From positions 768,001 to 832,000 of the forward strand of contig CAXXNF010000001.1 in the NCBI GenBank assembly GCA_963666365.2: 64,000 bases of DNA. The letters run 5' to 3'. Of the stretch, positions 1 to 10,273 are shown in pieces; the first letter of the stretch is position 1; every line of letters starts with the position of its first letter. Below the pieces are notes generated by a model that saw only the letters and a list, made by a program, of their open reading frames with translations, made no database searches and had not been told where the DNA came from. The translations under genes were made by a program, and so were the position numbers. Source of the stretch: Syntrophales bacterium (lineage in GTDB: Bacteria > Desulfobacterota > Syntrophia > Syntrophales > UBA2210).

Positions 1-842
1 GCTTCGTAAAACCCTCTTCCCCAAGATAGCCGGGGCCGATATCGGCAATTGCTTTATGGAGCGCCTTTTTTCCAACCACTGCGCTGTTTTCGGCATAGGC
101 GATAAGAAGCGCCCGGTCGCAGATCACATTGATGCGTCGGGGGTTCCCCCTTGAGTATTTATAGATAATGCCATGGACCGCGCCGCTGAACCGCACATGG
201 TTCGCGTTTTTGCAGGCCACCGTCATGCGATGAGAAATATAGGCGGCGACCTGTTCTTTCCCCAGGGGCGTCAGTTCGTATCGAACGGCAATCCTTTCGT
301 TGAGCTGCCTGAGCGAGGGCGCCTTCAGTATGTCCTTCAGTTCCGGCTGTCCCATCAGTACGATCTGCAGAAGCTTTTCTTTCTCCGTCTCCAGATTGGA
401 GAGCATGCGTATCTGTTCCATGACCGGCGGCGAAAGATTCTGCGCCTCATCGATTACCAGAAGCGCATTTCGCCCGGCGGCGAAGTTCTTGAGAAGAAAC
501 CTGTTCAGGGCATCGAGATAGCGTTTTTTTTGTGGGCCTCCCCCGCCCTACCTTCACCTGGAACTCCTGGCCGATCATGGCCAGCAGTTCCACGGCGGAC
601 ACGGCGGGGTTGAAGATTAACGCCGTATCGACGTCGGAATCGAGCGTTGCCAGCAGGGATCGGCATATGGTGGTCTTGCCCGTGCCGATGCCCCCGGTAA
701 TCACGATAAATCCCTTCCGCTCCTTGATGCCGTATATGAGGTGGTTCAGTGCGTCGCGATGCTGAGGGCTCAGGTAGAAGTACCGCGGATCGGGAGTGAG
801 GTTGAAGGGATTTTCTTTCAGGCCGAAAAATGCCGTGTACAT
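1..842 (-). CDS. exeA: ExeA/GspA-type AAA ATPase of T2SS; one +1 frameshift at the A8 run (524-531); runs off the window start
   Basis: MYTAFFGLKENPFNLTPDPRYFYLS start and Walker A GGIGTGKT. Removing one base of the homopolymer restores RYLDALNRFLL...LLVIDEAQNL (Walker B)...IVLMGQPEL...GNPRRINVICDRAL, open to position 1. Confidence 0.88.
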
Positions 843-848
843 GAGAAC

Positions 849-1704
849 TTACTCTCTGAAGGTATACTGGAGGGTTTCCGGCCGTCCCCGTCGCTTGATA
901 TTGAGGGTAATCTCGGAACCCGACTCAAGCTTGCCGTACATTTCAAGCACGTCTTTGGGAGTTCCCAGGGGGCTCGCCGTTTACCCCCTGAATGACATCA
1001 CCGTTCTGCAGGCCCATTTGCTGAAAAAGACTGTCCGGTGCAATCCTGCTGACCATGAAGCCATCGGGTTTCCCCCCCGAGAAATAAGGGCGGACCCGCA
1101 CTTGTGTCATTATTTTGCTCACGTCCTCCAGGGCCTCGTCAATCACGTCCTTGTCGACGGTGATTTTCTTGGGCGGACCGGAAGCAACCGCCTGTTGCGC
1201 CGTCCTTTGAACGGGGGCGCCGTCCTTCTTTTTTTCTTCCATGGCGAGAAATTCATCCTTATCGCCGACCCGAAGCACTACGCGTGTGCGCATGATCTTT
1301 TTCAAAGTAGCCCCGGCCAGAACATCACCTTCTCGAAAAAGACCTTGTTTCTTCTTCCCCTCCTCTTCAATAACCGCATAATCGTACTCGCCGCTCCCCG
1401 CGACCGTCCCCAGCAGAGTCAGCTTCAACTTTGTCGGCTCAAGTTCTTCCACGTTGATGGGCTTCTCTTCCTGCATCTCCTCCTTTTTCACCGAGCCGAA
1501 GAGATTTCTGGCGGTAATTACGGCGTAGGCCTCCAGGGGCTCCTGCGTCGAAATCCGCACCGCCGCACCCTTTTCGATCACTTTCTCCTGTTTCGCGACA
1601 GTCACAAAGCGGGCGCAGACCGCTTTGTAGAACATATCCACCGCCAGGTAGGAAATTACCGCAATCGAGGCGAGGATTATCACTGTGCGATAGAGGGGTT
1701 TCAT
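849..1704 (-). CDS. gspC: T2SS protein C (TM, HR domain, PDZ); +1 frameshift at the C5 run (968-972)
   Basis: RNLF motif, LKLTLLGTVAG HR domain, PDZ GFMVSRIAPDSLFQQMGLQNGDVI. Removing one base gives PLGTPKDVLEMYGKL...IKRRGRPETLQYTFRE*, ending at 849, 6 nt before the exeA start. Confidence 0.85.
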
Positions 1705-2531
1705 TACATTTTCCTTATCCGGATTGCGGAATCAGCGGCGGTCCCCCCCACGGTAAGGGGAATCTTTTTATTGTTCAGCGCGGGAACCGTCACATGTCCC
1801 TTCAGGGCGATTCTGGTCTTCGCGGCGCTGCGGTCCAGATATATGCTCCCGTCCAATTCGCCCGACATCTCCCTGCCGACCATGGTGAGCGCGGTTATTT
1901 TGAAGGTTCGCGACTTCAAATCCCCTCTCATGTCAACGCGATCGAAGGACACCCGATCGAAACCGAGTTCGTTGTCCATAAGCTCCAAAGCACCGCCGAA
2001 AAGCACTCCTTCAACGCGTCCCGTCCCATCGATCAACTTGCCCGGTTCTCCTCGGAAATCGCCCGTTCCTTTCAGAGCGCCTTCGATTCTCCTCCCCATG
2101 ACAGACTGAATCCATTCGCATGTGCCGAGGGCGATGCCCTGAACCGCGCCGTCAACGGAAAGGGCGCCTTTCAGTGAAAACCGTTTTTCCATCGCAACAT
2201 GTGCCGCAAGGGTTCCGCCATAGGCCTTGCCTTCGGCGGCAAATGCTGCTCGACCACGAAGCACATCCGAAAAATCAGGCATTACATCAACCGTATCGAT
2301 GACAACGGGGCCATCCGGTTTTCCGGCGAAGACAATGCGGCATCCTTCAAGGTGAATCCCCGAAGGAAAAACGAGCCGTGCCTCGTCAACGGTGAGTCTG
2401 GCGTCCATATGCGTTGCAGCGGAGGATTCCAGGAAGTTCTTCAGCAGTTCGGGGGGAAAAAGCCAGAAGAGAAACCACACCGTGACTGCGAGTCCGTAAC
2501 AGGCATAGCCGATTCCCTTTTTAACACTCAT
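1704..2531 (-). CDS. gspN: T2SS protein N (deltaproteobacterial type)
   Basis: N-terminal TM followed by FP motif (FLFWLFPPELL), beta-rich AsmA-like body, translationally coupled to gspC. Confidence 0.75.
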   Translation of the reverse strand: MSVKKGIGYACYGLAVTVWFLFWLFPPELLKNFLESSAATHMDARLTVDEARLVFPSGIHLEGCRIVFAGKPDGPVVIDTVDVMPDFSDVLRGRAAFAAEGKAYGGTLAAHVAMEKRFSLKGALSVDGAVQGIALGTCEWIQSVMGRRIEGALKGTGDFRGEPGKLIDGTGRVEGVLFGGALELMDNELGFDRVSFDRVDMRGDLKSRTFKITALTMVGREMSGELDGSIYLDRSAAKTRIALKGHVTVPALNNKKIPLTVGGTAADSAIRIRKM

Positions 2532-2559
2532 GGTGAGACCTTTGCATAATTCCCTTTTC

Positions 2560-2647
2560 TGTCATTCCGGGCTTGACCCGGAATCCAGAAAGTGCGTGAA
2601 AAAACTGGATACCTCCCGGACTTGATCCGGGACCTGCCGGTATGACG
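2560..2647. repeat. GTCATTCCGG...GGAATCCAG / CTGGATACC...GGTATGAC palindromic REP-like element
   Basis: gtcattccgggcttgacccggaatccag ... ctggatacc...gccggtatgac; related unit at 31991-32017 (gtcataccggcgaaggccggtatccag). Confidence 0.65.
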
Positions 2648-2798
2648 AAATTGATGATTCTATGAGATTGTGCAAAGATCCCATGGTGTCGATCCCCGCA
2701 CTTTTTTCCTCCCGCGTAGAGGTCAAAAAGATCGTTACTTCTTCTCTTTCCCTTTGCGCCTCTGCGTCTCTGCGCGAAACTGCCTTTTATATCCCCGA

Positions 2799-5186
2799 TC
2801 ATCTGATTCCTGCGGTTTGCTGCAGAAGAATGACGGCATCGGAATGACCGAGAACGCCGTCGCCGGACACATCGAGCCTGTCATAGGACTGACCGTCGGA
2901 GAGGGGCAGACGGACAAGGAGGCGCACCACCTCGATCGCCTCGGCAAGTCCCAGGACTTTCGTGCCCGAAAGATCGATATTCAGAAGTGCGGCGATCGTT
3001 TCGGTCGACACATCCGCATCGGGACAGGTCACGGTAATCCAGTAGCTGTCGCTTACGCCCGGTTCGTAAGGATAGTGTGCACCTGTCCTGCTGAGTGACG
3101 CGTCTATGAGGTACACTGAAGACGCAAAGGTTTCATTGATGGTGGTATTCTCAGATTCCAGGTCCTTGACCACATTCCCTTCGGTATCACGAACAGTTAT
3201 GTAAAACGCCTGATTGGCATAGCCGTTGTAGCCGGAAATGGTGGTGGCCCCGTCAAGAATCACCCGGTGCTGCTGCACCTCGTCCTGGGCTTTGAAAACA
3301 CCGGCGATCTGGAATTCGGTCCCGAAGGCGACTTCCTGATCCGACACCATGGCCACAAAGGATTTTTCCACTGCCCTGCCCCCTGCTTCCGCTCTTACTA
3401 TAATCGTGCTCGCCTGACCCACTCCCGCGGCCCGGGGCGTCACCGTCAGCAGATTGCCCGCGAGCGACGCCGTCACTACCAGTGCATTGGTTGACCGTAC
3501 CTTCAGCGTCAGGTCATCGCCGTTTCTGTCCCGCGCATCGACAAGGATCGTCTGTGCCTCGCCCGTGGCGCCGTTCAGTAAAAGGTCTTCAAAGGCGTTA
3601 AATATCTGGGGGGGTCTGTCCAGCGACTGGTCGACGGCGGCCTTTTCCTCCGGCGTCATCGTTTCCGTGGCAATCGTCACCTCATAGGCGTTGAACCCGT
3701 CGACAAGGGGCCAGGCGCTCGTCCCGTACTGGAGCGAAATGGCAAGCCTGTAGAGACCGGGAGGAAGATCGGAGAGGGTCTTGGTCCTTGCGGTGCTTTC
3801 GTCTTCAGAGCCGTCAAAGGACAAGCCGTCCACCACGGCGCCGTCCAGCGCGTTGGTCACAATAACAAAAAATGCCACATTGCTGTATCCCCGAAATGCG
3901 GTGATGCTGGTCGCCCCTTTCAGATAGACCTCGTAGCGGTCCGCGTCGGCGGCGCTGTCGAAATTTCCCGTGGCCACATTCCCTTCCATGAGGTCGCCCT
4001 CTTCATGGTTGACCCAGCAGTCGCCGGCGGCGGCACTGCAGGGAACTACATGGGTATACATCTCAAGGTCTGGAGTAAAGCTGTAGCCGCCGGCCACGAC
4101 ATTTCTATCGAGAAAGTAGAAATCGTCATCGGTGCCGCCCCAGCCCATGTTGAGGTGAATCTTTGGCCCCTCAGGATAGTCGGTATAGCCGTCGGCAACG
4201 ACCATGTGCTGGCCGATGAAGGAAAGGAGCACCGGCCGCTCCAGGTCGATTTCTCCCTTCAACTCCTGAAAAAAGGCGGTCTCTCCGACATCGCTTTTTG
4301 CCGTCTTTGCGATCGACGAGGAATAGCCGAAATTTTCCTGCATCACGTTGATGTGGGGCAGGGCCGAGGACGTCAGTGCCTCACTGAAGGCCGTTTCATT
4401 CGCTATGGCAAGGTCCCTGATGAGGAGGGCGATTTCATCGGCCTGGTATTCCGGCGTGGTTCCGGTAATGACATCGGGCATGGTGCTCCATGTGTAGGGT
4501 CGATCGAGGATCGCCTCGAGAAGCTGACCGTTCCATGTATGGGACACAGCGCCGGCGCCGCGGGCGGGATAGCCGTGATAGCGCATGAGCTGGGCCATGG
4601 CCACGTTGACGCACCCCGCCACCGCCCGCTTGCCGTTATCGAGCAGGGGAAGAAATTTGTTGTAGGGATTGCCCTGGTTCCACTTCGTGGTAAGCAGCCA
4701 TTGCCCCGGCGTGTAGGCAAGGGGCACTTTCACCAGGTGGTAGTTGAGAAGAAAATCCCAGCGCACCGCCGTTTCGCTCGCCGCGGCCGTCAGCGCAGTT
4801 TTGAGATCCGCCGCCGCCCGGGCATGGTATTCCATTTCGTGGAAGAGGTATTCTCTATACCAGTCGGGAAGGTCTTCAAAGGGGCGCGTCAAGGAATAGG
4901 CCTTGACGGGCGTGAACTGACGGGAGCGGGCGATAAGGACGTAGCCTCCTCCGTTGAGATGGGCGAGAAAGGCCGTTTCTATGGGCGCAATGGTCGGGTC
5001 CAGGGCATTTCCGGATATCATTTCCACGGAGGCAATCTCTTTCCCGCTCTTTACATAGGAAAGGAAATTTTCTACGACCCTTCGACAGTCGTCTTCACCG
5101 AGGGCGGCAGCGGAAGTGCCTGGAAACAAGAAAAATGCTGCACACAGGGCAATAAAACAGCACACTGTCTTACACTTCATTTTCAT
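2799..5186 (-). CDS. Secreted C10-family (streptopain-like) cysteine peptidase with prodomain, accessory beta domains and C-terminal dockerin-like module
   Basis: Signal peptide; WNQGNPYN, AGCVNVAMAQLMRYH (catalytic Cys), GQHMVVADGY (His), HLNMGWGG; C-terminus GLAEAIEVVRLL...DVSGDGVLGHSDAVILLQQTAGIR. Confidence 0.88.
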   Translation of the reverse strand: MKMKCKTVCCFIALCAAFFLFPGTSAAALGEDDCRRVVENFLSYVKSGKEIASVEMISGNALDPTIAPIETAFLAHLNGGGYVLIARSRQFTPVKAYSLTRPFEDLPDWYREYLFHEMEYHARAAADLKTALTAAASETAVRWDFLLNYHLVKVPLAYTPGQWLLTTKWNQGNPYNKFLPLLDNGKRAVAGCVNVAMAQLMRYHGYPARGAGAVSHTWNGQLLEAILDRPYTWSTMPDVITGTTPEYQADEIALLIRDLAIANETAFSEALTSSALPHINVMQENFGYSSSIAKTAKSDVGETAFFQELKGEIDLERPVLLSFIGQHMVVADGYTDYPEGPKIHLNMGWGGTDDDFYFLDRNVVAGGYSFTPDLEMYTHVVPCSAAAGDCWVNHEEGDLMEGNVATGNFDSAADADRYEVYLKGATSITAFRGYSNVAFFVIVTNALDGAVVDGLSFDGSEDESTARTKTLSDLPPGLYRLAISLQYGTSAWPLVDGFNAYEVTIATETMTPEEKAAVDQSLDRPPQIFNAFEDLLLNGATGEAQTILVDARDRNGDDLTLKVRSTNALVVTASLAGNLLTVTPRAAGVGQASTIIVRAEAGGRAVEKSFVAMVSDQEVAFGTEFQIAGVFKAQDEVQQHRVILDGATTISGYNGYANQAFYITVRDTEGNVVKDLESENTTINETFASSVYLIDASLSRTGAHYPYEPGVSDSYWITVTCPDADVSTETIAALLNIDLSGTKVLGLAEAIEVVRLLVRLPLSDGQSYDRLDVSGDGVLGHSDAVILLQQTAGIR

Positions 5187-5234
5187 AGGAGCGACCTTTC
5201 TTTCCTTTGTACTTTATTCTTGATTAAGCGTTGT

Positions 5235-5307
5235 ATCGTATATATTCTCCTGTAAAATAGCAAGCCATAAATAATGCGCCCTTTCCAATTATATGATCAA
5301 ATTCACA
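5235..5307 (-). promoter_or_regulatory. Putative sigma70 promoter plus CRP-like box for the C10 peptidase gene
   Basis: Minus strand TTGCTA(5263-5258)-N17-TACGAT(5240-5235); box TATGA-tcaaat-TCACA at 5292-5307, centred at about -71.5. Confidence 0.6.
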
Positions 5308-5427
5308 GTGTTCTCCCGCACTTTGGAAGTGACCTTCGGAACGTAATCTGATACAAGAAGATAAATAGCGACATCTTCATAAAACGCGCCGCTTCCTGGG
5401 CAGAGTGCAGGGAAAAAGAACATATTT

Positions 5428-5627
5428 TCGCGCAGAGACGCAAAGAACGCGGGGAATTTATGGAATATAACAAGTCGTTCTCTGCGAACTCGGCGTCTCT
5501 GCGGGAGACAAAAAAAAGAAAAGCATCTCGCGCAGGGGCGCTGAGGCGCTGAGGAAAAGAGAAAATAAACAGGCATCCTCTGCGGTCCCTGCGCCTCTGC
5601 GGGAGCACATGAATCAGTTGCTTAGAA
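5428..5627. repeat. Two tandem CGCAGAGACGC/GCGTCTCTGCG inverted-repeat elements
   Basis: cgcgcagagacgcaaag...ctcggcgtctctgcggga and cgcgcaggggcgctgagg...ccctgcgcctctgcggga. Family also at about 2751, 48620, 57854, 59875, 59965, 60180 and 63630. Tail gaatcagttgcttagaa is shared with 57929-57945. Confidence 0.7.
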
Positions 5628-5658
5628 ACGCCGCCATGCCGACCGGGTCGGCATTGTA

Positions 5659-8136
5659 ATGGCACGCAGAGTCTCTGGTACAACAGATATGAAGACACAG
5701 ATGTCAGGACACATTGCAATCAGGAAAACCGGTCCGATGGAGCGCATGCGCACCTGTGTCGCCGTGTCCATGGTGCTTGTTTTTATTGGAGTGTCCGCCC
5801 CTTTTCCCGCCAGGACTCTCGCTTCACCGAATAAAGACCTGTCGGTCTGCCCGCACTATTACATTGAACTTTTCGAGGGTCTCCTGTCGCTGAATGTACG
5901 AGAGGCCGATCCTGTATGCCTGTTGAAGGCAATCGCCGGCGAGACCGGCATCGATCTTTCTATCGATCCCGCTCTCAAGGGCACGGTGACGCTCAGGGCC
6001 GAAAAAGAGCCCCTGGAAAGGGTGTTACAGAAAATCTGCGCAAACCGGGCAGTGGTGTTTTCATACGACAAAGAAAACAATCGCTATTCCATCGTCCGTC
6101 TCGGCGCCTTCGTCTCGGAAGAACCGGCAAAGACGGACGGCGACATTCACGCACCACGGCATGAAGCGACTGAAGACCGGCAGCCTGAGGGGGCCTCGCC
6201 TCCCTCTCACGCCGCCTCCGCGACCGGCGGCATCGATGGTGACGCGAGGGTCGGTCCCGCACTGTCATCGCTCCCGTCCGATCTCGACCGTAAAGGACGC
6301 CCCCGTTACAAAGAGCGGGAGCTGTTGATCCGGTTCAAGGAGGGGACATCAAGGGAACACATCGAGGCGCTCACGCAATCGCTGCAGGTCATTTCGGCAA
6401 AAAAAATATATCGTGGGAAATTTTACAAGGTGGTGCTCCCCCGGCACATTGCTGAAGCACAGGCGATCGAACGCTGCGAGAAGTCCGGCATTGTCGATAT
6501 GGTCGAGCGAAACGCCCTGCGCTACCCCCTGACGACCGCCCCAAACGATCCCCGCTACGCTGAACAGTGGGCCCTGCCGATGATCTCTCTTCCCGAGGCT
6601 TGGGACGTTACGCAGGGAAATTCCTCTATTGTGGTCGCATTGATCGATACGGGGGTGGATTACCTGCACCCCGATCTGTCGCACTGCATCTGGATCAATG
6701 ACGCAGAGGCGACGGGCATCGCCGGTGTCGATGACGACGGAAACGGCTTCGTCGATGATATTCGGGGATGGGATTTTGCGGGAACGGAATCGGCGATAGA
6801 CGACTCCGATGCCGACCCCATGGACGGTTCCGATCACGGCACCCACATGGCGGGCATCGTTGCCGCCGCGGCCGATAACGGCATCGGCATATGCGGTGTG
6901 GCGCCCGGGGTGCGCATCATGCCGTTGAAAGTGCTTGCCGACAAGAGCGGCTACATGGCCGCAGATGACATCATAGAGGCCCTTGCCTACGCCGCCGATA
7001 TGGGGGTGCACATTGTTAATTGCAGTTTCGGAGGGGACGAATCACGAAGCGAGTACCATGCCTTTTCCGATCTGGGACAGGCAGGAATTTTAGCCGTATG
7101 CGCAGCAGGCAACGAAGGTCCCTACTATGCCACGAACCCCGTCTATCCCGCAGGCTATGACCTGGACAATATCATTTCGGTGGCGGCGTCGAAACGTGAC
7201 GACACCCTTGCCTCTTATTCCTGCTACGGTCTGCCCCATGTCGATCTGATGGCGCCCGGAGACCACATACTTTCCACCGTGCCCAGCACCCTGGGCTATA
7301 CCGAGGCGTCCATCACCGTCGGGACCTCTCCCGAGTCATCATCCTACGAGGCCGCCGCCCTTGAATATGCCGGGACCACCGATGAGGCGGGCATAACGGC
7401 GCCTCTCTATTTCTGCGGCAAAGGCAATGCAGCGGATTTCCCCCCGGTGGCGGGCGCCTTTATCGCGCTCATTGAGCGGGGAGATCTCTACTTTTATGAA
7501 AAAACCTCCCATGCCCTGGATCACGGCGCGGTGGCGGTGATCATCTACAACGATAAAACCGACGCCTTCGACGACTGGACCCTCGATCCTCCCCCCTCGG
7601 GCACACCCTGGCCCCCCGTCGTGGGCACTTCACGGGAGAGCGGATTGGCCGTCAGGGCGGCGCTGGAAAATGCCGCCTCACCGCTTTCGGCAACGGTCTA
7701 CAACATTCCCGTCGACACACCGGTCGGCTACGACACTATGAGCGGCACCTCCATGGCGACGCCCCACGTATCGGGGGTTGCGGCACTTCTCCTGTCGGTG
7801 AAACCGGAGCTCACCTATCAGCAGCTCAAGGCGGCGATCCTCGATACCGTTGACGCCAGTGACACCCTCTCGGACAAACTGGTCGCAGGCGGTCGGTTGA
7901 ATGCCCGCGCCGCCCTCCGTTCCGTGTTCGACACCACCGGCGATGTGTCCGGAAACAATGTACAGGGACTGGAGGATGCCATACTGGCGCTTCAGATAGT
8001 GACAGGGGTCGTCCCCGCGGATATACGCACCACCTACGTCAATTCTGAAGACGACATCGGCGGAAACGGCGTCATCGGCCTGGAAGAGGCGGTGTACATC
8101 CTTCAGAAAATAGCGAATACCACCACTCATCATTGA
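5659..8136 (+). CDS. Secreted S8 subtilisin-like serine peptidase: STN/secretin-N0-like domain, prodomain, S8 with PA insert, C-terminal dockerin-like module (start uncertain)
   Basis: Triad motifs VALIDTGVD, HGTHMAGIV, SGTSMATPHVSG; AAGNE; PA domain IALIERGDLYFYEK; C-terminus GDVSGNNVQGLEDAILALQIVTG...DIGGNGVIGLEEAVYILQ. Confidence 0.92.
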   Translation: MARRVSGTTDMKTQMSGHIAIRKTGPMERMRTCVAVSMVLVFIGVSAPFPARTLASPNKDLSVCPHYYIELFEGLLSLNVREADPVCLLKAIAGETGIDLSIDPALKGTVTLRAEKEPLERVLQKICANRAVVFSYDKENNRYSIVRLGAFVSEEPAKTDGDIHAPRHEATEDRQPEGASPPSHAASATGGIDGDARVGPALSSLPSDLDRKGRPRYKERELLIRFKEGTSREHIEALTQSLQVISAKKIYRGKFYKVVLPRHIAEAQAIERCEKSGIVDMVERNALRYPLTTAPNDPRYAEQWALPMISLPEAWDVTQGNSSIVVALIDTGVDYLHPDLSHCIWINDAEATGIAGVDDDGNGFVDDIRGWDFAGTESAIDDSDADPMDGSDHGTHMAGIVAAAADNGIGICGVAPGVRIMPLKVLADKSGYMAADDIIEALAYAADMGVHIVNCSFGGDESRSEYHAFSDLGQAGILAVCAAGNEGPYYATNPVYPAGYDLDNIISVAASKRDDTLASYSCYGLPHVDLMAPGDHILSTVPSTLGYTEASITVGTSPESSSYEAAALEYAGTTDEAGITAPLYFCGKGNAADFPPVAGAFIALIERGDLYFYEKTSHALDHGAVAVIIYNDKTDAFDDWTLDPPPSGTPWPPVVGTSRESGLAVRAALENAASPLSATVYNIPVDTPVGYDTMSGTSMATPHVSGVAALLLSVKPELTYQQLKAAILDTVDASDTLSDKLVAGGRLNARAALRSVFDTTGDVSGNNVQGLEDAILALQIVTGVVPADIRTTYVNSEDDIGGNGVIGLEEAVYILQKIANTTTHH

Positions 8137-8154
8137 AGTACAGCATGTATCGTT

Positions 8155-8721
8155 TCAGTTTTTTGCCGCTTTGTCCTGCCCTCCCTCCGCGGTATAGGTC
8201 ACCAGTTGTATCAGGACGGACAGATAGCCAATCCCTTCTTTGCTCTGTTTGATGGACAGCCTCTTCACCGCCACCAGATTTGATGGGGATTCAACGCGAT
8301 GAAGGTACTCCACCAACTGGTCCAGCGTGATTTTTTCAAGTTTCATTTCCACCGACGATTCGCGATAGGGCCCTTCGTCCTTTGAAGCGGAGGGCTTCAT
8401 ATAGGTGATGTTTGCTTTAATTCCCGCGTTGCCCGCCTCTTTTTCAAGAAAGGAAAAAAGCGTAAATTCCTTTGTCCTTTGGGCAAGGGCTCTCTGTATC
8501 TGCCCCGAATCGGTCTTCAGGGAGCGGTACTGGGCGGCCAGAAGCGAGAGTTCTTTCAGATTTTTCTCACTCTGGACAATGGAATGCTTCACCCGGTCAC
8601 GGGCGTCAAAAAAAGGGAAAAGAATGAACTGCACCACCACAAAGACAACAATCGCCGCAATGCCGGCCATGAGAGAGTAACGCTCCCGCTTGTTCAATTT
8701 CAGTTTTATGCCCATCTTCAT
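8155..8721 (-). CDS. gspM: T2SS protein M
   Basis: LNKRER motif before a single TM, coiled coil, ferredoxin-like C-terminal domain; overlaps the gspL stop. Confidence 0.82.
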   Translation of the reverse strand: MKMGIKLKLNKRERYSLMAGIAAIVVFVVVQFILFPFFDARDRVKHSIVQSEKNLKELSLLAAQYRSLKTDSGQIQRALAQRTKEFTLFSFLEKEAGNAGIKANITYMKPSASKDEGPYRESSVEMKLEKITLDQLVEYLHRVESPSNLVAVKRLSIKQSKEGIGYLSVLIQLVTYTAEGGQDKAAKN

Positions 8722-10250
8722 TGTGCCGGCTCCATCTTGAGATCGAAACTCACCCGTCCGCCCGTTTTCATAAGTTTGGCCGAGCTGATCGTCACGCTCT
8801 TAAAGGCGCGCCCCTTATCCAGGGCACTCTTTATCGAATCAACTGTATTGAAATTGTCCGTTTCTCCTTTAATCCGGATCCCATCTTCGTCATAGGTTAA
8901 ACTTGTGACAAGAAAATCCACCGATTCAGGCACAAGCCGGGACATATCTCTCAGCAGTGAAAGCACCATCGCCTCTGCGCTGAACGTCCCCCGGCCACCC
9001 CCGGCCTTTCGTACCTCGTCGATTTTGTTTTTCATTTGCTGGATCGGATCGACTACCCGCGTCACCCCGGGGAGGGTGGTCGTGAACACGGTCCTGATCT
9101 CCTCTTTGGCTTCTTCAAGTTGTTGCAGATCGTACCGGTAATCGAGATAGAAATTCGCACAGAGCAACACCAGTATCACCGCAGCAAGCGATCCCGCCCA
9201 GGTCAGTTCCCTTCGGATCCACTCGTAGGCGCCTCCGGCATCGGCGCCTTCCGGCAGGAAATTAAAACCGGCGCTCCCCCTCGCTTCTCTAATCGCCATG
9301 GCCAAGGCCTGGTTCATCAGGAGTGGTTCCCATGGCCTCTCCAGGGCTTGTTTAACCTGGACGGCGCTTTTTTCAGCAATATCGAAATCGTATACGGGCA
9401 CATCGAGCGTTCCCTCGATCTCCTCGCGAAGGGGTTGAAAGAGGGCGCCGCCGCCGGTCACATAGACCAGCGAAAGAGGCCCTTCCAGGTCTCCCCGGAA
9501 TGAAAGGAGCTGTATGGTCTCTTTCACCTGGCGGGAAAAATTTTTTGTGAGGACCCGCACCTCCTCACGACAGCCTTCGATGTCCCCTGCTCTTTTTTTT
9601 TGCTCAGCCTCGAGGGGATCGATGTCGAGCGCCCGGGCCATCGTTTCTGTCACCCGATCCCCCCCGAAGGGGAACGTACGAATATGGGCGATGCGCTTTT
9701 CAAACAAAATGATGCACTCTGTCTGTAAGGCCCCGATATCGAGAAGAACCGCACACTCCTCTCCTCCATCGGCAGCGATAAGCCAGGCGGCCACCGGCGT
9801 CACACCCGCATCGACGGCGATGATATCGCCTGATAAACCTGATAAAAGCCTCATCCTCTCATCAACCACGCTGCGGGGGACAGCCCCGGCCAGAAGACCG
9901 GATCCGCCCGAAGCGTCAGCGGTCAGATAGTCCACAACGGCGCTATCCACAGGAAAAGGAACCGATTGCTCCAGTTCGAAAGGAAGGGTCTGACGAATTT
10001 TTTTTCTGTCCCTAAAGGGAAGGTACACCGTTCGAAACGAACACTGCCTGAGCGGAAGGGCGGTTACCAGATCGCTTCCGTGAAACCCCTCCCGTTGCAA
10101 CACCGCTGCAAGCGCCCCTTCAACTCCTCCCGCATCGTCAATATCAACCATCACGGCATCGACGATCTGGTATCCCTTCAGTCCGGCCGATACCGAAACC
10201 GCCTTGACGGATCGTTCACTAATATCAATTCCTGTTATTTTTTCCGGCAT
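8718..10250 (-). CDS. gspL: T2SS protein L (actin-like cytoplasmic domain, TM, PilN-like domain)
   Basis: GIDISERSVKAV, LPFRDRKKIRQTLPFELE, LLDIG, VYVTGGGA, TM, IRIKGETDNFNTVDSIK; lies between gspK and gspM. Confidence 0.82.
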   Translation of the reverse strand: MPEKITGIDISERSVKAVSVSAGLKGYQIVDAVMVDIDDAGGVEGALAAVLQREGFHGSDLVTALPLRQCSFRTVYLPFRDRKKIRQTLPFELEQSVPFPVDSAVVDYLTADASGGSGLLAGAVPRSVVDERMRLLSGLSGDIIAVDAGVTPVAAWLIAADGGEECAVLLDIGALQTECIILFEKRIAHIRTFPFGGDRVTETMARALDIDPLEAEQKKRAGDIEGCREEVRVLTKNFSRQVKETIQLLSFRGDLEGPLSLVYVTGGGALFQPLREEIEGTLDVPVYDFDIAEKSAVQVKQALERPWEPLLMNQALAMAIREARGSAGFNFLPEGADAGGAYEWIRRELTWAGSLAAVILVLLCANFYLDYRYDLQQLEEAKEEIRTVFTTTLPGVTRVVDPIQQMKNKIDEVRKAGGGRGTFSAEAMVLSLLRDMSRLVPESVDFLVTSLTYDEDGIRIKGETDNFNTVDSIKSALDKGRAFKSVTISSAKLMKTGGRVSFDLKMEPAQ

Positions 10251-10273
10251 TCCGCTCTTTTCTCTCTCTGTTG

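Noticed and set aside
796..2109. 437-aa plus-strand ORF
   Set aside because: Antisense shadow of gspC and gspN with no protein motifs
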